Source: Candidatus Omnitrophota bacterium (GTDB lineage Bacteria > Omnitrophota > Omnitrophia > Omnitrophales > JACROU01). From it: a stretch of DNA of 64,000 bases. The notes beneath the pieces are model-generated. The model saw nothing but the letters and a program-made list of their open reading frames with translations. It ran no database searches and was not told the DNA's origin. This document shows positions 17,407 through 27,524 of the stretch, piece after piece. Where the stretch lies: NCBI GenBank assembly GCA_029261035.1, contig JAJDCD010000025.1:130926-194925 (forward strand). Direction: 5' to 3'. Position 1 is the stretch's first letter, and every line of letters starts with the position of its first letter. The position numbers were made by a program, and so were the translations under genes.

Positions 17407-18366
17407 TTACAACTTCAGCACTACCGCAGTGATTAATAAATTAAGAATAGCTATAGGCGTTAGTATCTTCCAACAAAAATTCATTAATTGATCCGGTCTC
17501 AATCGAGGAAAAGTCCATCGAATCCAAATAATCACAAAAACAAGAAAATAAACTTTAAGCAAAAACCAATGAATCCCATCCACGAAAGGCCCTTGCCACC
17601 CACCTAAAAACAAGGCTGTTGTCACGCAAGAAAGCAAAAACACATTAGTGTACTCTGCTAAGAAAAATAAGGCATAACGCATACCCGAATACTCTGTGAG
17701 AAAACCCGCGACCAACTCGGACTCTGCTTCAGGCAAATCAAAAGGGGCTCGATTCGTCTCTGCAAGACCCGAAATCATAAAAATAATAAATGCTATTGGC
17801 TGCATCAACACAACCCAAAATTGATCTTGATACGCAACCAACTCCGTCATCTTTAATGAACCTACCATAAACACCACACTCAAAGCTGATAATAAAAGAG
17901 GGACTTCATAAGCGATAACCTGCGCTACAGATCTCATGGCACCCAGCAAAGAGTATTTATTATTCGAAGCCCACCCCGCCATAAAGATAGCAATCACTTC
18001 GATACTGGCAAATGAAAACAAATATAAAAGACCCACGTTCAAGTCTTTAATAATTAAATTTTCCCCAAAAGGCATAACAATAAATAAAAGCAGCGCAGGA
18101 AAAAAGGCTAATAAAGGAGCTTGAATAAAAAGAAATTTATTCACGTTCTTAGGAATAATCTGCTCTTTCCCTAATAACTTAATTGCATCGGCTATGGTCT
18201 GAAAAATACCATGGGGTCCTACATGCATCGGCCCTAATCGTCTTTGAATATGAGCACTTACCTTTCTCTCTGCATAAACCAACACCAAGGCATTGATGCT
18301 CACAAACCCAAACACAACAACAGCTGTAACCGCAATATTCATTCCTTCAAATAATAATTCGTTCAT
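17407..18366 (-). CDS. nuoH: NADH-quinone oxidoreductase subunit H
   Basis: 319-aa NuoH/ND1-like membrane subunit. Confidence 0.85.
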   Translation of the reverse strand: MNELLFEGMNIAVTAVVVFGFVSINALVLVYAERKVSAHIQRRLGPMHVGPHGIFQTIADAIKLLGKEQIIPKNVNKFLFIQAPLLAFFPALLLFIVMPFGENLIIKDLNVGLLYLFSFASIEVIAIFMAGWASNNKYSLLGAMRSVAQVIAYEVPLLLSALSVVFMVGSLKMTELVAYQDQFWVVLMQPIAFIIFMISGLAETNRAPFDLPEAESELVAGFLTEYSGMRYALFFLAEYTNVFLLSCVTTALFLGGWQGPFVDGIHWFLLKVYFLVFVIIWIRWTFPRLRPDQLMNFCWKILTPIAILNLLITAVVLKL

Positions 18367-18390
18367 TAATTATCCTTTTTCAGCTCAACC

Positions 18391-18494
18391 AGCGGATAGC
18401 GCATAGCGTTTAGCGTATAGAAAAACAAAAAAACGCTTCATCTGTCTTTTTGACAAATGTCCCTATACGCTCCACGCTAAACGCTCTACGCTAT
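18391..18494. repeat. Inverted heptad array (AGCGNNT x4 / NNACGCT x4) forming a long hairpin in the nuoCD-nuoH spacer
   Basis: agcggatagcgcatagcgtttagcgtatag ...40-nt loop... ctatacgctccacgctaaacgctctacgctatcg. A related direct copy tagcgtttagcgtagagcgtatag is at 62637-62662. Confidence 0.6.
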
Positions 18495-20104
18495 CGATCT
18501 ATATCCGGTACAACGATATCTAAACTTCCTAAAACACAAACGGCATCCGCCAACAAGTTTCCTCGGACAACCTCTTTCATAACATTCATATTTGAATAAC
18601 AAGGAGTTCTCATCTTAATTCGATATGGATTTTCAGTACCATCGCTAATCAGATAGATTCCCATCTGACCTCTTGGAGACTCTACAGAAAAATAATACTC
18701 TCCTGCCTCCGGTTTAAATCGTTTTGGAGCATCCGGGTTGTTATAAGGGCCTTCCGGAATCTTAGCTAAGGCCTGTTCCAAGATACTTAAGCTTTGCCAC
18801 ATCTCTTCAACACGAACTTCATAACGACTATAAGCATCGCCGGCTGTGGCTGTAGGGATATCAAATTTAAATTGATTATAAATCCCGTACGGTTCGTTTT
18901 TACGAACATCGTATTCCACACCACAAGCTCTAAGAGGAGCTCCTGTAACTCCATAAGAAATTGCCTGTTCTTTGGTAATCACACCCACACCCTGAGTTCG
19001 TTTCTGAAATATAATATTTTTAGTTATCAGTGTTTCATAATCCTTAAGATTAGCCCTTAACATAGGAATAAATTTGCGAGCACGCTCTATGAATTCTGGA
19101 GACAAATCTCTTTCTTGTCCCCCAAACCGAAAGTAGTTGTAGGTTAAACGACTTCCGTCACACATCTCAAACATCGTTAAAATTTCTTCTCGGTCCTGAA
19201 AACAATAAAGAAATGGAGTAAAACTACCCAAGTCCATTAAAAAAGCTCCGTACCATAGCAGGTGACTTGCAAGACGTTGTAATTCAGAAACAATAATACG
19301 AATGTATTCCGCTCTTTCCGTAATCGTAATACCTAAAGCCCGTTCAACCGTTCCCACATAACCCCAGTTATAAATCATACCCGCCAAATAATCGACACGA
19401 CTTGGATATGGGGTCCATTGCAAATAATTTCCATTTTCAGCCATCTTCTCATCTGCTCGATGAGCATAACCTACAACTGGCTCCAAATCTAAAATAGTCT
19501 CCCCATCCATCTTAAGCAACAACCTCAGCACCCCATGCGTACTTGGATGTTGAGGCCCCAAATTAACAAAATATTCTTGTTCGTCCGAAACCAAGCTCTT
19601 ATCACTTACTTGTTGGTTTGCGTTAGATTCTAATTCCCAAGCCCTATTTACATCTTCAATAGAATCACCCTCAAATTTAAAACCTTTCCTAAGAGGATGA
19701 AAGTCCGAATATTCAGGAAGCAATAAACGTTTTAAGTTAGGATGATTCTTAAACTTAATTCCATACATATCATAAGCTTCTCTTTCATACCAATTCGCAC
19801 CCCGATAAACTTGTGAAATACTAGGAACCTCTTCGGTCCATTCTTGCTTTAATCGAACAACCACACGAAGAAGACCTTCGAAACGGTTAAACTGATACGC
19901 TAACAAAAAGTTTTCGCCAAAATCTGCAGCTGTAATGTTTTCTAGAAAAAAGTCTGCTTTCAGCATCACTTGAGCAACAGCAATCAATTTGTCTTGAGTG
20001 GTTTCAACTTCAAAATGAAATCCTGTTTTACTATAATCACTCACAACAGAAGTTTCTGGATTTACTAAACTAGTGAGTTGTGATTTGATTTCCTCGACTG
20101 TCAT
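18491..20104 (-). CDS. nuoCD: NADH-quinone oxidoreductase fused subunit C/D
   Basis: 537 aa. The N-terminal 30-kDa NuoC part is fused to the 49-kDa NuoD part (…HPSTHGVLRL…). It is followed directly by nuoH, with no nuoE/F/G between. Confidence 0.85.
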   Translation of the reverse strand: MTVEEIKSQLTSLVNPETSVVSDYSKTGFHFEVETTQDKLIAVAQVMLKADFFLENITAADFGENFLLAYQFNRFEGLLRVVVRLKQEWTEEVPSISQVYRGANWYEREAYDMYGIKFKNHPNLKRLLLPEYSDFHPLRKGFKFEGDSIEDVNRAWELESNANQQVSDKSLVSDEQEYFVNLGPQHPSTHGVLRLLLKMDGETILDLEPVVGYAHRADEKMAENGNYLQWTPYPSRVDYLAGMIYNWGYVGTVERALGITITERAEYIRIIVSELQRLASHLLWYGAFLMDLGSFTPFLYCFQDREEILTMFEMCDGSRLTYNYFRFGGQERDLSPEFIERARKFIPMLRANLKDYETLITKNIIFQKRTQGVGVITKEQAISYGVTGAPLRACGVEYDVRKNEPYGIYNQFKFDIPTATAGDAYSRYEVRVEEMWQSLSILEQALAKIPEGPYNNPDAPKRFKPEAGEYYFSVESPRGQMGIYLISDGTENPYRIKMRTPCYSNMNVMKEVVRGNLLADAVCVLGSLDIVVPDIDR

Positions 20105-20763
20105 TATTTATCTTCTTCCTTCTTTTCTTCCGTTTTTTCATCAAGCGTATCCAACGAAGAGTCCTTAACTGTTTCTATTTTTTGATCCGGACGAGGCCCA
20201 GCAGGCTTTTCTTCTCCTGGAGGCGTTGGCGACGGAGTTCCCGTTTCCGGTACCGCCAACACAACATCTTCTTGCCCTGCAACACCCGCAATAATTTTTC
20301 TTTGTAAAAGAAGTAAACCTTCGATAAGACCCTCAGGTCTTGGAGGACAGCCTGGGACATGCACATCCACAGGAATAATACGATCCACACCTTCAACAAT
20401 TGCGTATTGTCCTTCATACTGAAAAGGGCCTCCCCACATGGCACAGCCCCCCATAGCAATTACATACTTAGGAGAAGGCATTTGATCATAAAGCATTTTG
20501 ATTTTAGGAGCCATTTTTCTAGAAACAGTTCCTGCAACAATCATCAAATCCGACTGTCTTGGAGAAGCACGAAAAACACCAGCGCCAAAACGATCCAAGT
20601 CATATTTAGATGCACTTGCTGCCATCATTTCAATCGCACAACAATGAAGACCAAATGTGAGTGGCCACAATGAGTTTGCACGTGCAATATTTAATAACTT
20701 ATCGAGTTTAAAAAAACTAAACCCAGGGGAACCTGATTTTTGAGATGCTTCTACTGACGCCAT
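20104..20763 (-). CDS. nuoB: NADH-quinone oxidoreductase subunit B
   Basis: [16 protein letters not shown]...GGCA, plus a ~50-aa Pro/Glu/Lys-rich C-terminal extension. Confidence 0.85.
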   Translation of the reverse strand: MASVEASQKSGSPGFSFFKLDKLLNIARANSLWPLTFGLHCCAIEMMAASASKYDLDRFGAGVFRASPRQSDLMIVAGTVSRKMAPKIKMLYDQMPSPKYVIAMGGCAMWGGPFQYEGQYAIVEGVDRIIPVDVHVPGCPPRPEGLIEGLLLLQRKIIAGVAGQEDVVLAVPETGTPSPTPPGEEKPAGPRPDQKIETVKDSSLDTLDEKTEEKKEEDK

Positions 20764-21113
20764 TGAAAAACTCCCTTACGCATCGCATAAATTAAAGCCA
20801 ATGTTAAAATAGCAACAAAAACAATCACTTCTAATAAAACTCCCATTCCCTCAATACTTCTAAAGGCCAAAGCAACAGGAAACAAAAAAACGACTTCCAC
20901 ATCAAAAACTAAAAAAATAAGCGCATATAAATAATAAAGGACATTAAAACGAATCCATGCAGAACCAATGGTGGGAACACCACTTTCATAAGTTGTTGTT
21001 TTGTCTTTCCCGATTCCCTTAGGGGCAATCAGATAAGGAACAACCGTGGCCATGAAAGCAAAGAATAAGCCAATTAGAATAAAAGAAAATACCCAGAAAT
21101 AGTCTTGTAACAT
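20751..21113 (-). CDS. nuoA: NADH-quinone oxidoreductase subunit A
   Basis: 120-aa 3-TM protein at the head of the operon. Confidence 0.8.
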   Translation of the reverse strand: MLQDYFWVFSFILIGLFFAFMATVVPYLIAPKGIGKDKTTTYESGVPTIGSAWIRFNVLYYLYALIFLVFDVEVVFLFPVALAFRSIEGMGVLLEVIVFVAILTLALIYAMRKGVFQWRQ

Positions 21114-21246
21114 CTTAAGACCTTCTACTTTATTTAAACAGTTAAAGAAAGCAATGCGAAGTAGCTCCTTAAAAGGAGCGACATAAAGACGAGAATTATA
21201 GCAAAAATACTCCGGGTATTAAAGGGGGGAAAAATAAAAAATGGGA

Positions 21247-22746
21247 CTATTCTGAAGGTGGGTGTTTCTTCCTGGAGAATTGGTCTTTGAGAATATCAAT
21301 TAAATGGCTCCAAAGCCCTGTTTCTTTGTTTAAATGGACTAAAAATGGCAAAAAAAGCACACAAAACAAGCCAAACTGTGAAGCGTTCTTCAAAAGAGGA
21401 GTCCCCTCTCCTTTTGGAAAGAAATGTTCAATAGCCAGCATGGAGGCCACAAAAAAAACAAAAACACCAAAAACACGCATAAACAATCTAAAAGCTTCTT
21501 TTGAATCCATCACCAAACGCACCCCTAAAAGAAAGTGGACTGCATAATACAGAAAGTAAGTCGCCGTCATCATCATAGCTACCCCTGGAAGACCATAACC
21601 CGCTTTTATAACTGCGATCGAAAGAGTTGCTCCTAGTATAATCAAAGCTATCATTGCAGGAATTAAAGATAAATGTTTTTTCGCTGTAATTAATAGAGTT
21701 GCAAATTGTTGATTAAGCGAAAGAAAAAACAAACCCGGTAGAAGAATTTTTAATGGAAACAGCCCTGGCTTAAATTGAGGAAGAATCAAAAACACTAAAG
21801 ACTCCGAAAAGAACCAAACAGCAGCGAGTAATATCGGAAGAATGTAAGCTAAAGCTAATGTACTTTGATAAACAAAATTTTTCAAATCCTTAACATTGTC
21901 TCTCTCACTAAATCTATCTTGATAATGTGGAAACAAAACCACACGTAACATATTTGGGAAACTCGTTAAGTATCCCATTGCCATTAAAGACAACGAATAG
22001 TAACCCATATACTCAAAACCTAAATACCTTGGAATAATAATCCGGTCTAAACACCGAAACACTACGTCCATCGCTCCAATAATCATAATTGGAAATCCAA
22101 AAGTAATTAATGGTTTTAATCGTTCCCAAGAAAAATAAAAAGGGAATTTTTGTCCTGAACGAATAAACACGTAAAGGATGTTAACAAGAAAAATAAACGT
22201 AGTCGCAATATAAAACCCATAGATCTGATAATGCCATGTCATCCACAACAAAGGTAATGCACCAAAGGCACTTGAGAAAACAAGAGCCTGACTGGCCATC
22301 GTAAATTTTTTATATGCCCTAAGAACAACCATCTGATAATAATAAATACGCTGCAATACGAGCAAAACAGAAATCGTAATCAACCCCCAAAAGACAGGCT
22401 CCGAAATTCCTGGCCTCATCCCAAGAGCAACTAAAGCAATTCCACCTCCAAGCAAACACGAGTTCATAAAAATAAACCAAAACACCGTATTTTTTATCTC
22501 TTCCGCTTTTTCAGGCTCTTTCTTACCTAAGCTATAGGGAATTTCTCGAGTAACAGCCTCAAAAGACCCCAAATTAGCAAATTTAGCATACATCAGGATA
22601 ACTTGAAGACTAGCCCAAACCCCACTAAAAACAGGCCCTAAAAAACGTTTCATCAGGATAGAAATGATAAAATCAATTCCATGCGTCAAATAGACCCCAG
22701 AAGCGTAGAGACTAATATCTTTAATGATTTCTTTTTTCTTAGTCAT
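21247..22746 (-). CDS. Polysaccharide biosynthesis / oligosaccharide flippase (MOP-superfamily, Wzx/MurJ-like)
   Basis: ~500-aa polytopic membrane protein. The start is taken at MTKKKEII. The track ORF extends to 22809. Confidence 0.5.
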   Translation of the reverse strand: MTKKKEIIKDISLYASGVYLTHGIDFIISILMKRFLGPVFSGVWASLQVILMYAKFANLGSFEAVTREIPYSLGKKEPEKAEEIKNTVFWFIFMNSCLLGGGIALVALGMRPGISEPVFWGLITISVLLVLQRIYYYQMVVLRAYKKFTMASQALVFSSAFGALPLLWMTWHYQIYGFYIATTFIFLVNILYVFIRSGQKFPFYFSWERLKPLITFGFPIMIIGAMDVVFRCLDRIIIPRYLGFEYMGYYSLSLMAMGYLTSFPNMLRVVLFPHYQDRFSERDNVKDLKNFVYQSTLALAYILPILLAAVWFFSESLVFLILPQFKPGLFPLKILLPGLFFLSLNQQFATLLITAKKHLSLIPAMIALIILGATLSIAVIKAGYGLPGVAMMMTATYFLYYAVHFLLGVRLVMDSKEAFRLFMRVFGVFVFFVASMLAIEHFFPKGEGTPLLKNASQFGLFCVLFLPFLVHLNKETGLWSHLIDILKDQFSRKKHPPSE

Positions 22747-22774
22747 AAGTAAATTTCGATTTATATAAAGTAGG

Positions 22775-23977
22775 TTAGTAGAACAGAGCAATACTTGCTG
22801 TAAATCCATGTAAAAAATTCTTATCCCCTATCGGGCCTATTTCTCCGGCACAAAAAAAACCTGAAATTGGAAAATCTCCAAGCTGCTCATGAAGTAATGT
22901 TACATCATGGTTCTTCTCGTCAAACATATGTTTTCCCCGGCCATTACAATTAAAAATAAGTCCTGCTTTAGGAGGCGTGAATTTACTAGAGTTCACTTCT
23001 TCTTTTTTTTGGTCCAGACATAAAGTTTCCAGGTCTTCATGAGCCGATTGGGAGTCTCGCACATGAAACTGTACTGTATTTCCAATATTTACATAGTCAG
23101 AAACAGATAACGCTCCTGAATTACGATCTAACCCAACAACATTACGAATCACAAAGTCCCCTGTTTCTGGGTTTTGCTTTAACTCATCAACAAGAGAACC
23201 AATAAAAAGCGCTTGTCTTGCTAAAACCTGATCTCTCGCAGAAGCTTTTCTATAATTCTCCTCCAAAAATTGAAGAGCTGTCTTCCCTGCCAAATTATGA
23301 ATAACATTTTCCTGGCACTCCGTAATAACAGCAGGCTCACCAAAAGGTCTACACCCTTGAGACACCAATGGTTTCACTTTAACATTACCAGACAAAACAA
23401 CGCCAACAGCACCTTCACTGCAGATGCCTTCAGACCAAAACAACACATTCTCACCCGGTTCTGTCGCAGCACTTGCCATCCCACCCACCATAGGGGCTCC
23501 CGGAAAGGCATGTTCAATGGATTCAATGAATAAGTTCATATTAAAACTAAATGGGTCAGGCAAAATGAAAAAAGTAGGATTCTCCTCAGAAGAAACCCCA
23601 AAAAATGCTTGGCACTTTTCTTTATCTTTCATTTGCTCTAGGTCAGAAGGTTTAATCCAAAAAGGAATTTTTTTAACATCTGGAAGTTTTGCTAAAAATA
23701 ACGAAATTGCAGAATCAGAGTCTAGCTCTTCATTAGTACCGATGACGTTCAAAGCACTACAGCCCATCAGAACATCAATATCAATTTCTTTTCGAAGTAA
23801 ATCCACTACTTCAAAATACTGGTCTTTAAATGCGGAAGTTACAAAAAGACAGGCTAAGTCTACCTTGTTGTCTGAAAAGCTCCTTAAAGCTTCTTGAGTA
23901 ACCTGTTTAATAAGTTCTGGAAGCTGCTCCCCTTTAGCTACAGCGGAACCAAATTGAGACTGATTATGCTGTTCCAT
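22775..23977 (-). CDS. FIST-domain sensory protein
   Basis: 400 aa. The C-terminus GFFCAGEIGPIG is the FIST_C signature. The N-terminal half fits FIST_N. Confidence 0.55.
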   Translation of the reverse strand: MEQHNQSQFGSAVAKGEQLPELIKQVTQEALRSFSDNKVDLACLFVTSAFKDQYFEVVDLLRKEIDIDVLMGCSALNVIGTNEELDSDSAISLFLAKLPDVKKIPFWIKPSDLEQMKDKEKCQAFFGVSSEENPTFFILPDPFSFNMNLFIESIEHAFPGAPMVGGMASAATEPGENVLFWSEGICSEGAVGVVLSGNVKVKPLVSQGCRPFGEPAVITECQENVIHNLAGKTALQFLEENYRKASARDQVLARQALFIGSLVDELKQNPETGDFVIRNVVGLDRNSGALSVSDYVNIGNTVQFHVRDSQSAHEDLETLCLDQKKEEVNSSKFTPPKAGLIFNCNGRGKHMFDEKNHDVTLLHEQLGDFPISGFFCAGEIGPIGDKNFLHGFTASIALFY

Positions 23978-23998
23978 ATTAAAGACACCTTTACTCGA

Positions 23999-24562
23999 TT
24001 ATTCGTTAACCTGAACCACTTCTTTAATTTCAGGAATCAATTCTTTCAACCGACGTTCTACCCCCATTTTCAATGTCATAATAGAACTTGGACAAGAGCT
24101 ACAAGCCCCTCTAAGGTGAAGCGTCACAACACCCTCTTCATATCCGCAAAAAACAATATCTCCTCCATCCATAGCAACAGCAGGTCGGATTTCTCTGTCT
24201 AAAATTTCAACAATTTGTTGCTCCACACTCCCCTGAACCGACTGGGTATTAACTTGAATTTTTGTAGAAATAATTTCTTTTTCAGAAGTTAAAATTTCTT
24301 TAAGCTTGTCTGCAACAACAGACAGCAAATCTCCCCACTCTGCCTCTTCAAGCTTTGTAACCGTAATAAAATTAGTCCCTATCATTACGCCAGACACATT
24401 CTTAATCTCAAACAAAGTTTCTGGAAGTAAAGACCCTTGAGCAACTTCTTTCGTAGGAAAATCAGCAACCCCATTTTCAAGCACAGGTTGATTGACATTG
24501 AATTTAATGGTATTTGGATTCGGTGTAATTTCAGCAGTCAACACGACTTCTTTAGAACTCAT
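23999..24562 (-). CDS. NFU-type Fe-S cluster assembly protein (Nfu_N + NifU C-domain)
   Basis: C-terminal NifU motif LRGACSSCPSSIMTLKMGVE with CxxC. Confidence 0.7.
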   Translation of the reverse strand: MSSKEVVLTAEITPNPNTIKFNVNQPVLENGVADFPTKEVAQGSLLPETLFEIKNVSGVMIGTNFITVTKLEEAEWGDLLSVVADKLKEILTSEKEIISTKIQVNTQSVQGSVEQQIVEILDREIRPAVAMDGGDIVFCGYEEGVVTLHLRGACSSCPSSIMTLKMGVERRLKELIPEIKEVVQVNE

Positions 24563-24641
24563 ATTCTTCTCCTTTTTAAACTAAGCCTATATAACAAGAC
24601 TACCACAGGTAGGGTATTTTTAAGAGGTTCACAAAAGCTAT

Positions 24642-25952
24642 TTAAATCAAAAGATTTCGGAATAAAACAGCAAAACCAAGGAAAGCGAAAAATCCCATAA
24701 CATCCGTAATGGTCGTTAGTATGATATTAGAACATTGCGCAGGGTCTAGGCCAAGCCCTTTCATACTTAACGGAATTGCAGCTCCGGCTAAACCTGCTAC
24801 CACCAAATTAACAATCATAGCCAGACCAATCACCATTCCAAAGAAAGGATTTCCTACCCAAACCCAGGCGACACCCGCAGTCACCAAACCAATAATCAAA
24901 CCATTAACAGCCCCTATCCAAGCTTCTTTAAGAATCAAAGCTAAAGCACGGTTCGATGGAATCTCTCGCATTACAAGTCCTCGCATTACCACAGCTAAAG
25001 ACTGAGCCCCTGCATTCCCACCTTGCCCCGCAACAACAGGAAGAAATACAGCTAAAACAGTAATTTGCGCAATAATACCTTCGAACAAAGCTACGACGGA
25101 TGCAGCAAGAAACGCGGACAACAAATTTAAATGAAGCCAAGGCAATCTTTTCTTCAGCGAAAACCCCACAGTAGAAAAAGCACGTTCGTCACCACCCGCA
25201 CCAAACATCTTTTGAATATCTTCCGTTGCCTCTTCTTGTACATCTCCAATTAATTGTTCAGCCTTAACAACCCCAAGTAAATGATTTTCATTATCAATAA
25301 CGGGAGCCGCAAAGAAACGGCGTTTAGATAACTCTTCAGCCACTTGCTCTCTATCCATAAATGAGTTAACAGAAAAAATATCTTTACGCGTAATCTCAAC
25401 TAGCTTCGCTTCTCCAGAAGCCAACATCAAATCTCTCATATTCATCACACCAACAAGATGGTTCTCTTCGTCAACCACATAAGCATAAGATGCAGGAGCT
25501 TTTCTACGCGCCAAAACTCTAATTTTTCTAATCACATCCTTAACCCGAGTTTCAGAATAGAAAGCCAAAAAGTCCGTAGTCATAATTCGACCCGCACTGT
25601 CCTCTGGATAAGTTAAATATTCTCTAATTCTATTTTTTAATCTCTCAGGCAAAATAGCTAAAAAACTCTCTCTTTTTTCATTAGGTAAATCAAGAAAGAT
25701 AGCAGCACCTTTTTGAGGGTCTAAATGATCTAAAATATGGGCAAACAACTCCGGAGAAACATCTTCTAATAAACTGGCAACCAAGTTAACCTGCATATGC
25801 GCCAAAGCTTGGGAAGTTAAGTGAGGAGGTAAACCTTTAATAACAGTGACAGCATCATCTTCGGGCAACGTTTCCAAAACATGGACAGCCGACATCAAAT
25901 CTTCTTCAAAATATTTTTCAACTAAGGGCATTAAGGATGCTGGTGTCGACAT
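24642..25952 (-). CDS. mgtE: Magnesium transporter MgtE
   Basis: MgtE_N, then a CBS pair, then the C-terminal 5-TM MgtE domain. Confidence 0.85.
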   Translation of the reverse strand: MSTPASLMPLVEKYFEEDLMSAVHVLETLPEDDAVTVIKGLPPHLTSQALAHMQVNLVASLLEDVSPELFAHILDHLDPQKGAAIFLDLPNEKRESFLAILPERLKNRIREYLTYPEDSAGRIMTTDFLAFYSETRVKDVIRKIRVLARRKAPASYAYVVDEENHLVGVMNMRDLMLASGEAKLVEITRKDIFSVNSFMDREQVAEELSKRRFFAAPVIDNENHLLGVVKAEQLIGDVQEEATEDIQKMFGAGGDERAFSTVGFSLKKRLPWLHLNLLSAFLAASVVALFEGIIAQITVLAVFLPVVAGQGGNAGAQSLAVVMRGLVMREIPSNRALALILKEAWIGAVNGLIIGLVTAGVAWVWVGNPFFGMVIGLAMIVNLVVAGLAGAAIPLSMKGLGLDPAQCSNIILTTITDVMGFFAFLGFAVLFRNLLI

Positions 25953-25972
25953 AACTACTCATTCCTATAAAT

Positions 25973-27154
25973 TTATTCTTCTTTGATATCTATTTCAACA
26001 TTAATTCTTCTAGGCTCCACGTTTTCCAAAACAACTTTTTTGTTCGAAAAAGTAACGTCTGAATTTGAAATAAACACACTTTGTTTTTCTTTTCTTACGT
26101 CTAATGTTCTTAGAATTAGGTGGATCGTATTCGCATTAGCAAAATAAAACGACCTTCTAGGTCCGGAAAAGCTAACCTCTACGACTTCAGGGTCTGTTTT
26201 TACCTCAGTAACACTTTTAGGTAATTTAGCGTATTCTACAGGAATTTCGTAGGTTTTATAAACTAATTTAGACCCATCTACTAAAACAAACCATAAAGCT
26301 AAGGACATAACTAATGCAATGACCTTTTCTCTATAGTTTTTCTTAAAGAAATGCTGCCATGGCTTCTTTTCTTCTTCTGGAGCAATCACCTTGTAGAATT
26401 TCTCTAGAAGACGGCTTAAAGCATTCGCATCTTCTATTTCCTTAATCTCCGCTTTATTAGCATAGGATATACTCCCTCTCTCTTCCGAAACGATCAAACA
26501 CAAAGCATCTGAGAGCTCTGACAAACCTAAAGCAGCAGCATGTCGTGTTCCTGACTGGCCCAATTTCTTCATATTCTTAGACAAAGGCAAATGAGACCCA
26601 ATTTGAGAAATTCGATTCTTTTCAACAATCACAGCACCATCATGTCCTGCAGAATGCGGATCGAAAATACTCTTTAAAATAGGCTCACTCAACTTCCCAT
26701 CAAGCTCAACACCACCTTCTAAATGTCTCAAGATTAAATCTTTGCCTCGGATAACAATTAAAGCCCCAATACTCTCACGAGACAAATCCATAATTGTCCT
26801 CACAAGAACTTCTGTTTCAGGTCTTGTAATTCGCTCCCGCCCTCTTATCTTGAGCCTTCGCTTCAATCCAAAAAGTGCAATCTGTTCAAAGAAATGCCTT
26901 AACTCTTCCTGAAAAATAACCACAAGTGCTATTAAAAAAACAGCAAAAAAACCTTCAAAAATAGTAGATGTGAGATACAGATTAAACTGTCTGGACAATA
27001 AATAAATGAGAGCAACAATAAATATCCCCGTCAACACAAACGCTGCTTTAGTCTTCTTAAACCACACAAGAATACTATAAACAACCAGCGTCATAAAAAG
27101 AATATCAATCAACCCCGACACACCCATTTCCTTCAAAAAACTCAACACACCCAT
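25973..27154 (-). CDS. cdaA: Diadenylate cyclase CdaA with a C-terminal TM + YbbR-like extension
   Basis: 3 N-terminal TM helices. DAC motifs GALIVI, DGAVIV and GTRHAAALGLSELSDALCLIVSEERGSISYA. An extra ~125 aa follows (TM VIALVMSLALWFVLV plus a beta-rich YbbR-like region). Confidence 0.8.
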   Translation of the reverse strand: MGVLSFLKEMGVSGLIDILFMTLVVYSILVWFKKTKAAFVLTGIFIVALIYLLSRQFNLYLTSTIFEGFFAVFLIALVVIFQEELRHFFEQIALFGLKRRLKIRGRERITRPETEVLVRTIMDLSRESIGALIVIRGKDLILRHLEGGVELDGKLSEPILKSIFDPHSAGHDGAVIVEKNRISQIGSHLPLSKNMKKLGQSGTRHAAALGLSELSDALCLIVSEERGSISYANKAEIKEIEDANALSRLLEKFYKVIAPEEEKKPWQHFFKKNYREKVIALVMSLALWFVLVDGSKLVYKTYEIPVEYAKLPKSVTEVKTDPEVVEVSFSGPRRSFYFANANTIHLILRTLDVRKEKQSVFISNSDVTFSNKKVVLENVEPRRINVEIDIKEE

Positions 27155-27304
27155 AACACACCCTCAATCTATAGCCATTAGCCATTAACTTCAACCGCCA
27201 GAAGCGGTCCGCTATCTTTACAGCGGATTCTAAATCCTAAACAAACACATCACCATAAACAACGCCTTCATCCCCAACCTAATCAAACCGCTAACAACAA
27301 AACG

Positions 27305-27333
27305 CGTTTCGTTATGAATACCATAACGAAACA
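27305..27333. repeat. R5 hairpin repeat (gtttcgttatN-loop-NataacgaaaC)
   Basis: Perfect 11-bp stem gtttcgttatg/cataacgaaac. A paralogue with the same stem and a different loop is at 62787-62814. Confidence 0.65.
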
Positions 27334-27338
27334 CCTTA

Positions 27339-27368
27339 AACCCCAGAAACAATATGGGCTCGATGCCA
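27339..27368. repeat. Degenerate R2 copy
   Basis: aaatatgggctcgatgccatcttgttt versus R2 core aaataagtgctcgatgcacttctttt. Confidence 0.45.
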
Positions 27369-27420
27369 TCTTGTTTCAACCCCTAACACACTATCAAGCG
27401 TTCAGAACTTAAAGGAAAAT

Positions 27421-27492
27421 AAAATGTTCCCGCCGCGAGTTCACAAAAATCGTTCCTCAATTTTTGTGCTGTCTGAGCGCCGGGAACATTTT
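27421..27492. repeat. R3 structured repeat copy
   Basis: aaaatgttcccgccGCGAGTTcacaaaa atcgttcctcaattt ttgtgcTGTCTGAGCgccgggaacatttt. Perfect 12-bp outer stem with compensatory changes relative to copy 3280-3352. Confidence 0.75.
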
Positions 27493-27524
27493 ATTTTCCT
27501 CTCACCCACATCCACGCTCCAAAC

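Noticed and set aside
17277-22826. 11-mer ccctatcgggc found at 17277 and 22816
   Set aside because: Hundreds of chance 11-mer matches are expected in 64 kb. The two copies have no extended flanking similarity.
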